Shown here: piece after piece, positions 28,301-40,904 of the stretch
Position numbering within the stretch: the first letter of the stretch is position 1
Layout: every line of letters begins with the position of its first letter
NCBI GenBank assembly: GCA_051362555.1
Contig: CM120645.1
Coordinates: 3,038,001-3,102,000, forward strand
Length of the DNA: 64,000 nucleotides
Reading direction: 5' to 3'
From: Lingula anatina
Lineage: Eukaryota > Animalia > Brachiopoda
Program-made: the position numbers and the translations under genes
Notes under the pieces: generated by a model
Told to the model about the DNA's origin: nothing
The model's database searches: none
Seen by the model: the letters and a program-made list of their open reading frames with translations, nothing else

Positions 28301-31300
28301 ATGCACATCATTGCACCCAGACAACTTTCTTAAAAACTAAAAACACTTGGTGAAGCTATCTCCTATAGATGCACCTTAGAAATCTGTTGCAATGAGAACT
28401 AGACTGCAACTGGCTTAAGCCAGTGGCAGAGGATTCCCCTGCAAAATAGGCGTGGAAATGCTCTTACAAGGTCATGTGAAGGTCATGGGTTAAATTTGAC
28501 CCAATATTCTGAAAGAGCATGTGCAAATTGGGGGGGGGGTCAACAAAACATCACTTTTAGCCCACGTCAATAATTCTCCATGAAATAGCCGAATGACCTT
28601 GAAAATGAGGGTCAAGGTCAAATTTGACATTTGATTTGGGGGTTTTGGGTATATGTTTGGGGTAGTTTACTATAGCATGCTATGACCAAAAACCAGTGTT
28701 TCATGGAGAAATTGCCAAACTCAAGATTTCTGCAATGTCATAAATATTTAAAAATCGATATTAAAAAAAGTAATTAAGCAGTCGCTACCAAAGTATGGCT
28801 AATCTTAGATAAATATATAGGGCATCATTTGCCACTATGATTGGGGCTCTGGGCCTTCAGATTTTTGAGATCTTGGAAACAAACCTTTTTTAAGCCCGTT
28901 TGGCCATTAGCCACCTTGACCTTGACCTACTTGCATAAAAGTAGGTCATTATCTGTGGATTCACCTCAGTATCTCTGGCCATAAGGCCCATAGCCATATG
29001 GCTTATACTTTAGGCCTAACGGCAATTACAAATTTTACAAATTTTGCCTTTAAAAGCCCCTGTGACCTTGAATAGTAGGTCAAGGTCACTGAAACTGGGT
29101 CTGTGGCATATTCTTACCATAGGCTACCTATGTAAATTATTTCAGATTTTTTGCGAAAAAAAACGCGCGGAAAGAATAATAATAACTATAATACTACCAA
29201 AAACAATAGTATTCCCCTATGGGGAATCCTAATTATAAAAGCTCAATGAGTAACTGTTCAACTGATTTGCTTCACACATGTGCAGATACCTGAACAATGC
29301 ATCATAAAAATGGCTGTTGTTTCAGATGGCCATACTAAAACCCATTGACAGGTAATATCCATTTTCAAAGGAAATGAAAACGCTGGCTTATTTTCTTATA
29401 AAACAACCAAAAGAAATGGAGCAGTGCTGTAAGATATCTTTTGTTCAAGCCGCAGGGCATCAATCGATAAATGTTCATTTTTTATTTCGTGTGCACTCAT
29501 TTGTGGCACATTGCCCAAGACTGGTTTTAAGTGTTTTCAGATGGTAATTGCTTTATTCTTGAAACTTTCCATAATTTTATATTTCAAAAATGGATTTTTT
29601 CATTACATATATATAATACAATCATTTAATTTTTTTTTTTAAAGTATGGAAACATTAAAGAATGCCATGAACAGATAAGATTTGGTCACACCACATACTG
29701 GCAGTCCCTACGTTGAATGAGTCGACCAAAAAAAGGGAGGGGGGGACTAGAAAAAAATTTGATATCTTTGAAGGATGTCTCCTTGTAAAATCTCACCAGT
29801 ACCTGTCTCCATTATAAACCAGCAACCTTTTAATCAGAAAATCATGTTCACTAGCATTACCAAGAATCATTATTCCAATAACTCAGCCAGCTGAACAAAG
29901 TTAAGGCAAATCTAGATCTTTTCTCCATACCAACATATTAAACAAAGGTAGTCTTTCACATAATTCAATTACCAACTCCTGTTTTTCAGAATTAAGTACA
30001 TTTCCTTTTCCCATTATTGGCACGACGAGGCCGAGCACGCATTTCAATAGAATCAGATACAACATGTAATCTATTTCTGATGCCACTTTATATTTCTGGC
30101 ACTGAGAAATGGCTAATGAAGTTAATAACAGACAGTTGCTGCCACAAAGAATAGAATAAAAAGATGTGCATGTGTGTTTGCAAAGCAGAGAATGGCACAG
30201 TTGGTGGATACGGGACACACATGTAAAACGGATGGCATAATATACAGCATATAGTTCTAATGCCTACCATGCTGAAAAATCATATGAGAAATTTGATTAA
30301 TAGTAATGAAATAAGTGAAATACATTTTCATGTTCATTTATTTCACTTAGTCATATGAGAGCATTAGATGACTATTAGCATTTAATAATGTGATTTTTGC
30401 AAAAAAAAAAAAAAAGCTCTTTGCTCATTTCAAAACTGAAAATTGAGCTTTTCATTATATGCCAGTTCACTCCTTATTCTGTCTGAATTTTCACAAAGGA
30501 GATGATTCTTTTTTAAATCAAAATTTTGTTTTACCTTTCTCAGTTTTGGTAGTCCAGTTGCTTGTACACTGAGGTCATATATCCTTCTGCTGATCTCAGC
30601 AGTCCACGCCTTGAAACTAAAAGAATAAAAATGAAAATACAATATTATGTGATTCATCTGCAAAACAGCAAGCAACTGCTGCCAATTACAGTATACAGCG
30701 TTTAAATATACAATTAGGGCGAATTCCCACTGAATCTATTGGTCTGCGTAGATACACACAACACACACACAATTGTTGTTGTTTTTTTTTTTGGTAAAAA
30801 ATGTGGGAAAAATTTCAGCATTTAACCAAAAAAAAATCTTTGTTAATTCTTTTTTTTTTGTTTGTTTCTTAACCTGAAAGTAACATGATATAATTTTGCC
30901 AATATGCCCTTGGATAAGCAGCAATATTAATTTAAGTTCATTTCATTTTGGTTTTGTTAACCACTGTTTCCACCACTGGTAACATAAACAACACCTAGCG
31001 ATACGAACACCGTCAGTGCAGGGTGTCACTGACACATATCTGTGAGCATAATGAAAAAAAGTAGATATTTCGCTAACTACAAGGGTGAAAATGGGCACTC
31101 CAATCAGCATAATCTCATTTTATTCAGTCATTCCATTTAAGTGATGTTACAAATGAGGTTTGTCAGCCTAAAAGAATCAATGGCTACTTTTAATTTCTAG
31201 CAACAAACTTGAGCAATACAGCTGTACCAGTACAATTTGAGGTATAGGAATGTGTACCTCTCCAGGGTCGCTGCTCCAATTACGTAACGTACCATTAAAT

Positions 31301-34300
31301 AGTCTTCTTTTATACCCATGCCAAGCCGTGTGTTAAAAGCAATATCTTGTTCAGTGCATTATTATTGAGAGCTATGGATATTTCGACAGTTTGATGTACC
31401 TAGTAGTTCTGTTTGCTCTAAATTAATGCAATAACCTGATCCAAGCCTAGTGTAGTATCCATTAATTGATTGATCTGTTTCGCCCAGTCATTTATTCATC
31501 TATCCATCCATTTGTGTAAACTACATATTATCTTCTCTGTACTGCTACATCAAAACATGTCGACTTTAAAAACACATGCATTTATGTTTCATGTATATAT
31601 ATGGCTAAAGGATTGGGCATCCAATACATGACAAGAAATGAGATATTGACTTTATTCCTTCTCATGTCACATCATTCATTCATAAACATACTGAACTACT
31701 GACAGATCAGTTTTCAAACTGGTCCATAAAAGCTTCGAAAATGACTATATTTAATTATTTCCTTGTCAACAATCGATACCATTTTCTGTGTCTCTATCTA
31801 GGACAAAAATCAACAGCGAAGAAAAGGGACTCCTGCTCCTGCCTTTACTTTGGGGTACCTAATCAAGGTTCACGGAAGGCCCAATTAGGACCATTTCTAT
31901 CTAAGCTCACAGCGATGAGTCAGACATGTAATCAAGACCCTTTTATGAATTAAGGATCCAAATGTCTGGGCCCACAGGTAAAAAAAAAAAATGTAAAGTC
32001 TCTTCAGAAAATATATACATATATATATATATATATACTCTTCTCCTCATTACACAAAGGCCAATAAAATCTGTAGGTTCCAAATAAAGTCTACTAAAGT
32101 CACTACAGACTAATAAATTATCAAAGACAGAAACTTCCATAAGGAATACACCCTGGATTTCAAAAGTACCTGAAGTATTCATTCCATAATCAATTATTAA
32201 TTTTATAAACACTTTATACACTATAGGTGAAGACCGATGTCTAAAAAATACCTATGTCATAATGCATATGCAGTATATGACAATATCTACAAGTGGAATG
32301 CATATAGGCAAAACATACAAAGTACCACCTATATTGCAATTAAATTGGAGCTGGCACACAGTACTCCACACAATTAACAGATATATTTCCATGGAGGTCC
32401 ACCTGAAAGTTAACTGTCTGGAGGATCCCTGTACTGCCATCAACTTGATTATATGACGAAGTCAATAATTAAGATCCAATCATAATTAGTTTCGCAAGAA
32501 CCTATAGGCCATAGATGACTAGCCAAACTGAACATATACTGTGCTTCACAAAGAACCTTGGCGGTCCCTCGACTCAAGTTTCAGTTTCAAATCAAACTAG
32601 AATACCCAAATTTCATTCTCATGGAACTAGATTTATATATGCAATGATGTTTTCAGTATGTCAACTGTATCTAAGATCCCATTCCCATAGCACCATCGGT
32701 CTACCTAGATCGATCCAACTCTGCGGAGACTTTTGCTGAGTGCAATCAGCTTTTCTGAATGACACAAACTCCTCTTCTTGAAATTTCCAATGAACTTGTA
32801 TAAACACCAGCTTTTCTGTGTTCTACTCAACGTCAGGAATAGGCACATCATTCAGTTCAGCTGATTGCACTCAGCAAGAGTCCCTGCAGAGTTGTATCAA
32901 TGTACGTAAACCCATGGTGTCTATAGGAATGGGACGTAAGAGAGAAAATCTTCAGGGAAGATGAAACCATGTTGAATGCTATCCCTGAGCTGGGGTGTCT
33001 TAGCTAGTCAACTATCTGAGATTAGCAGGCTTAGCAAAGGCCACTGACTTGTAATTAATTTGTGAAACCAGGGTCCACAGGCAAATGTGAACATGGTCTG
33101 AAAGACCTCCAGTAATCCACCAACCGGTCAATAAAAAAAAGCTATCTCCTAAATGAAAGGGGTTCATTTGAATACAGAAGTGATCGAGGTTCCCAGGGGG
33201 AGAGAAGGAAAAAAAAAAACAGACATGATACAGCACTTGAGAAGGTATTATCACTCCAGAATAGGTTTTAGTCTCTTGAAACATATTCATTTTTCACAGC
33301 TATAAAAGGTTAGATTCACCAAAGCTGGCAAAAGCATACATATGGCTGTTACCTTGAACTGTATTGACTGGAAGCTATTCTGTTAATATCGAATATGCCA
33401 TATATTGTTTTATCAAAATATATCATGTGCCTGCAGCCAGAGACTTAAGTCACAGGGGAATGGTTTTTTTTTTTCTAAAGCAGTGGGCATTTTACCCCTT
33501 TACCTGGGTGAGAAATGGCATAGCACCTGGATAAAACTGGGATTCAGAGCAGGGAATTTTCCTTCCAGAAGGACAGTTCTTTGTAGCCCCCCTGCCCACC
33601 CCCCAACTAACCTTGGGTGGGCTGGGGGAGGGGGGGTTCAACCCTAGCCTTGGTAGTTGGTGTGTGGGTTCATACTGACAAAAATAAAATGTTCTGTGTG
33701 TGAATTAAACAAAACCCAATTGTCCTGGTAACTGTCTGTCTGTATCATTCATCACAAAAATGTATCAAAATCCATAGTGTTCTAGCTCTTCAGGTTTCCT
33801 GAGTGCAGCCAGTAGCATGTCTCCTAATGGATATTATATCCTATAGAATTTACTGGTATCACGTGCCCTGTACATATTGATGAAACGTTACAGTTTGACT
33901 GGAGAAGAGGGATGAAGCCAGGCAAAATTGAGAAATGTCCAAAATGTATTTTTGTCCTTGTAAAAATATGAAGTCTATGCAGTCTGGCCTGATCATGCAG
34001 TTTTTCCCTTTACTGAAAGCCTTCCAACTTCAAAACTTGAGCTTCACTGAAAACAAATGGGAAATGGCCTTGGGAAACTGTAAACTCGTATCTCTTTCAT
34101 CCCAATGCTGAAATCTCGATCTTAAGGTGAAAATCTACAATGATTTTTCTTTAAAAATACAGAAAGAAAGAAAAAGCAAATAATGGCTATGATTCATTCA
34201 TTTTTTTTTTCTTGACAAAATGTGAGGGAGTAAATTAATTTGTCTGACACCTCTGACCTGATGAATATACCACTTCCTGAATTTCAACATAATAGCACAA

Positions 34301-35309
34301 ATATGTGAATCATCATAGAATTAAAATGGGTTCAACTTATTCAATCCATAGCCATCTAAATAATAAAATAATCATCACTTGTATTTGCCTAGCTGGCACT
34401 TTATGCTGGCAATAATTAGTACGTGTGTGATGCCCAATTAATTTATTGACTAAGTAACTGAAACCTTCAGGAACACCTTGCAGCATGTCAACCTGTGTTT
34501 CATCATGTTTTCCCAGGAGACAGAGCTCCTCCATCTCCTGTCTGATATCTCAACTGCACTGATGGTTAAACTGTGGTTCCGATTGGTTCTAGCAAAAAAT
34601 TATTTTTGCCAGAAGAAGGTTGCGTCGTGCTCTACTCCATGTAGAGTCACGTACAGCACAAGCAAATGTGGCATGGGTCACGGTGCAACTGATTGTCTTC
34701 AGTTTAAACCATATGGGGCTTTTAAAGTCAGATAAAGCAGTTGTCATGAAGCACTGCACAGAATGGTGAAGACAGTTGGTTGGACATCATTCCGTTATTT
34801 ATCTCTCCTAGTTCTATAAAGATTCATGGTTTGCATTTTATCTATTATTATATGTTAACCTGAAACCCTATCTTCAGTATTTGATTTTGCCACAAAAAAA
34901 CTTTTCAAAAGCTGGCTTATATTACATTCATGGTTGACATTTCCAATCTTTTTTTATCTGCCACAGAGAGTGGTAATATGCTACCAGCAAATATGTGATT
35001 CTATCAGTAAAGAGCACTGTGGCATCAGTATCAAATACTTGAATAATACACAGAGTTAGAAAACCCACACATTCCAGATTATGTTCCACATATTTTTTAT
35101 CTTGTCCTTTATTTTTAGCACACATAATTAGGTACTGACAAGCAAGTCATGAAGGGATGGGCAGACACTTAATACAGGCTGCATTTCCCATGAAACTATT
35201 GTACTAGGTCGATTGTTCCAACTCTGCCAGTGCTACATAAAAATAGCATCCTCCATTATGCATACTACAAGATAAAAGTCATATGCTGAAAAAAATTAGA
35301 TTTATGAAG

Positions 35310-35369
<60 letters not shown>

Positions 35370-38300
35370 AGGGGGGGGGGAGTCAAAATTTCATTATGAA
35401 ATTCTGACTCCATGGGGGAATCTGAGAATCTGACTGGGGAGTCACCTTTTAGGGGAGTCCAATTTTCAGGGTATGCCAGGACTCTTGCTGAATGCAATCA
35501 GATTAACTACAATGCATGCCTCCTTGAGCAGCTAGGGGGTGGTTAACTTTCATGGGTGCGTGGCTTCTGGAAGCTTTTTTCTCTTTGTTTTGAGTGGCTG
35601 TAGTAGAATGATTTAATTAAGACAAGAAATGAACATGGCACTAATGGATTATTGCATTTACTTCAATTAACACCTTTCTACATCCGTTTCATTTTAGAGA
35701 TATCAAGACTACGCATTAGAAGAAACTTTCTCACATTTCAGGTGCTACCTTATTTATTTTGATTATACAAATAAATCTTATCCTGAACCATCTTGACAAT
35801 TATATCTTTGGCAAAAGCTTGTCTACAACTTTTCAAGTGCATTTTATAAATATTAAATTAAGGGTTAAATCAAAGACAATGCTAAACTACATGGAGGCTT
35901 TTTGTTCATTAGGAAAGAATCCTTGAATTAAGACCAGAAATTAATAATTAATTTATTGTTGAATAAGTCAGTCTTGTCTGCAATTTCATTTGTAGCATTA
36001 ATTAACATATGTGAGAGGAAGTTCTGAGTGATTTGTATTAGTTGTTAGCAATTGTCTTTGAATATTTGATTAAAAGAACAATAGATTAGAATAGAAAAAA
36101 ATGCAACAGGCATCTGAAAAATTACCATTCCAGAAATACAAATATCCCATTATGTTATTTTTGTTTTTAGTGGTTTTGCACTTTTTTTATATATTTTCAA
36201 CCATATGGGGTGGAGTGGAGTTGGGGGGGGGGGGGGGGAGGGGGCGGGTAAGAGATAAAAATCAACTTCAAAACACTGATACAGATATCTTTCCAAAATA
36301 CATACAGCCATAAGTTAGTTCTAAGCCTCAGGATTAAATAATATATGATTCTGCTTCATGTTTTTTTTTTTTTTTTTTTTTTTTTTGTCTGATCAAAAGT
36401 AATTCTGATAATCTGAGACATAAAGATAATTCCTTCAATGGTTTTGTTTCATAACAGTCTAGGAATATAAAGGTTATGTCAATATCATTTGTAAAGAGAT
36501 TTAATATACCGTCCACAGGTTGCGTCATGCGATGCGTCAGTCAATTGATTTCGTAAAGCACATTCGTAAAGTACATTCATGCGATAGGGATTCTTCCATT
36601 ATTAGCCTGTTTACACAAGACTCACAAGGAATGAATGTTATGTGGTCCATATACTATCATTGACTGTTGTATTCAGTGTGAGACCAGACAATGTTTCACT
36701 GGGTTGATTTAAACAATTCACCTCCAACTGAGTATAAATAAATACATATAAATAAATACAGAGACTGCCTTGTGAAAGCTCTAGGATGATTTAATTTACA
36801 AAAAGAGTAGCTGGTAGCACTTGAGCCTAGTGTCTATGGGAGCCAAGCATGGACAGGCCACTTTCTTACGTACGCCCTAGCTTTTTGTGATGATTTTTTC
36901 ATTAAAGTGACAATTCCATCACAGAATGCAGTCTCCTGTGTGATTCAGTTACTTAATTATTCTGAACGTGGCACAAACCTTGTTATCTCAATTTAAGTAG
37001 TTCAATCATATCAAGCATATCATATAACCTTCATAAATATCAGAAGTGTGATTAATCTGCTATAAACAAAAATTCATTCGCATCTTTTTGGATGATACTT
37101 TCTTAGTTCAAATTAATTGGATATATTTAACTTTCCCTTTTCTTATTTAATTTAATAAATATACGACATTGCAAGAATTTCATCAAAAGCTGTACGTTTA
37201 CCAGGATTGCTGTCTAGTGCAGTGTGATCCCGGTGGCCTACAGGGAAATGGGAAAACTGGTAAAAAGCTGACTGCGGTACAAATTGATGCTGTGAAGATT
37301 ACATTCAATATGGTACTAGCAAATGTGTTTAAGTTTTGCATTCAGAGTGGATAGTCATCACTCACTGAAATGGCAATGGTGTTGATCAATACTTCATCTA
37401 AGCGAGAAGGAAGTTATTGAACGTCTCGACTGCTCCACACCCCCAACCACCCACACATGCCCAGTACATACACTAGCTTTTACATCTGATGTTGTCTTTC
37501 ATACTCTCTGCAGGCTTTCACTATCTATTGTGGCAAACTTGAATCATTTACAAGAGTAATCTTTTGGTTTTACTTCCTCTTCGGCATAAAGATTTTTTAC
37601 CATGATTTTAAACCCACTCATTTAAGAGCTTTTAAAGTGACATAACAGGCACAGACCTTTATACACGTAACAAAAGATACAGTCTTCTATAAATTTCATC
37701 TCTTTTCTAATATATACCATTTTGTTAAAAAAAAAATCAGAATGCCTTTTACTGAAACCAATTCACTGAAACTCATATGATGTGAGTGCAGTAGGAATTA
37801 AGCAGAATGATACACCAATCATTTTGTGCAAATTACTAATCAATTTCACATAGTCTGTGTCCCCCCCCCCTTAAAAAAACTACTTTTGAAGTATTCTTTT
37901 AATTTCCTGAAAATCTTAATGCTGATCTGTCACAATTTAACATAAGCACTACGCATTTACCTAAAAGACCAGACCACATCCGGCTTTTCTTCATTGGTAA
38001 AAGGAAAAAAAAATTATAAAACATTTATTTGCAGCAATTTTCTATTATTCTGTTTTAAGCTTCAGGAAATTATTTCCAATTAAGTAAGGCTTTTGTCGTT
38101 TAACACTACATTACTAGCGACCTATACTAAGAAAATTTAAGGGTAATTACCCATGAAATTTGAACTAAGTTCTTATTTAACCAAATGTAATGTTTTGTGT
38201 GCATTGTCTGTAAATCAGATAGAAAGGCGAATAAGATTCCCGTTTTCTTGAGAAAATGAAATTGATAACCCTTAATTGACATATGAAGATATTGGAAAGA

Positions 38301-38547
38301 GTGTGTTAATTGAAACTTGTGAATAATTAAAATACCATAAACCCGTATAAGTTATGCAATGAGTCTGAACTGCTTTGGAGTATGGAGTTCATATAACAAA
38401 TCATGCACACACACACGCATACATACATACATACATACATACACACTCTCTCTTATACGCACAAACATGCACAAAATAACGTGTAAAGAGACATTCAGTC
38501 ACAATCTATCACACACATGCACACACATACATGCACATATACACAAG

Positions 38548-38632
<85 letters not shown>

Positions 38633-40843
38633 ACACACACAGACACAGCATGTGACTGAACTTGTAAGGCTACCATACAATGGCACCTCAGGAGCTCAGT
38701 GACTTCACGCTGTACAGCAGTCTTCTCATCCATCAGCTGTCAATTTCCACTACATACTACAGGACACCCGCAGAACAGACAGGATGGCACAGCAGGCTTA
38801 ACATTTCTACCTAGCATATATGCAGAAGGCAGACAAAATGGAATATGCCATTAATAGCTATATCCTGTTTAAGAAAAAAAATAGAGACGGAAAAAAGAGA
38901 AACAAGTACATTATTAGAGACAGAAAGCATCAAAAGCTATTTGTTTTTCTTTCAAATATAAAACAAACTGAAATATTTATCACATTGTGAAGTGTCTGAA
39001 TTTGAAACTAATACAAGACATCATCTGTATGTGTTATGGTCATGTTGACAGTGAGTATCATTATTGTCCTGTACATTTTAATATTTTTTGACAAAGGCAT
39101 GCCTGAATGTGTCTTTGTCACATGTCATGAAGTTTGTCTGGTTATGTTACTATCACATGTCATGAAGGATCTTGATTTGTTAATGTCACGTACACGTCTT
39201 GAATTGTGTCTGAATTTGTTCCTGTCACATGTCATGAAGTGTGTCTGGATTTGTTCCTGTCACATGTCATGAAGTGTGTCTGAATTTGTTACTGTCACAT
39301 GTCATGAAGTGTGTCTGGATTTGTTACTGTCACATGTCATGAAGTGTGTCTGGATTTGTTACTGTCACATGTCATGAAGTGTGTCTGGATTTGTTATTGT
39401 CACATATCATGAAGTGTGTCTGGATTTGTTACTGTCACATGTCATGAAGTGTGTCTGGATTTGTTACTGTCACATATCATGAAGTGTGTCTGGATTTGTT
39501 ACTGTCACATATCATGAAGTGTGTCTGGATTTGTTACTGTCACATATCATGAAGTGTGTCCGGATTTGTTACTGTCACATGTCATGAAATGTGTCTGGAT
39601 TTGTTACTGTCACATGTCATGAAGTGTGTCTGGATTTGTTACTGTCACATATCATGAAGTGTGTCTGGATTTGTTACTGTCACATATCATGAAGTGTGTC
39701 TGGATTTGTTACTGTCACATATCATGAAGTGTGTCCGGATTTGTTACTGTCACATGTCATGAAATGTGTCTGGATTTGTTACTGTCACATGTCATGAAGT
39801 GTGTCTGGATTTGTTACTGTCACATGTCATGAAGTATTTGGTTTTCTATTTGTAATATCGAGGTAAAAAAAAGCTTTTTGAAATATTACTCATTTTTGTG
39901 GAAGTCATAATATCTGCATGCACACAGAACTGAGGACGATACTTTAAATAATGAAGAAGACAAGAAAATGCTTTGAAAGCCACATAATCTAGACAGCAGG
40001 GCATTCAAGTGAGGAAGAAATAAATTCCCCAGTTAGAGTGCTATGTAAACCAATTAAACGCAGCTTTCAATGCATTATTTATGACTTGTTACATTTCTGT
40101 TTCAAGCCACACTAAATATTCAACCACAATTTACCGACAATTTGATTGAGAAAATCAGCAATAATATATGAGAGAGACAGATATGTGTGACTAGTGTTTT
40201 TTATCAATGTTAACTTCAGATCTTACTTTCAACGTTGCATTTTTGGAACACAAATTCTATTAGAGAAAATTCATCCCTGACACTCTACTCTACGCCATAT
40301 GTCAGTTCCAAAACCACGCCACTCTACTTCAAACAACGAAAGGACAATTAAAGGACAAAAAGGCCTAAAATTCAGACAATGACTGAAGCATTCAAAAGAG
40401 AAAGACATTTTGTTTCTCACTTAGGCTTCGTTCACATGCAATGTCTATTTTCTATTTTCTATTTTCGGTATGTCTTATGATCACGGTCTGTGCACTGAAT
40501 ATCCCGCCGCGTAATTACTGGCAGCGCGAGCCAGTTACTTATAGTAACTTATAGTAACTGGCTCGCGCTGCCAGTAATTACGCCGCGGGATATTCAGTGC
40601 ACAGACCGTGATCATAAGACATACCGAAAATAGAAAATAGAAAATAGACATTGCATGTGAACGAAGCCTTAATCTAATTGACGTGACACTCGGCCTGTAT
40701 TGGTGTATCATGATTTACGGTGTATACTGATGAAGTCACAAATATCCATACTCATCTCCAGCTACACATACAAACATCACGAACCAAGCTATACATCTAT
40801 ACATGATTAAGTACCAGACTTGTCATCTAGGTGATCTAGGGTC

Positions 40844-40904
<61 letters not shown>

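Noticed and set aside
39190-39835. 35-bp array as a CRISPR locus
   Set aside because: Units are contiguous with no unique spacers, there are no cas genes, and the context is a eukaryotic intron.
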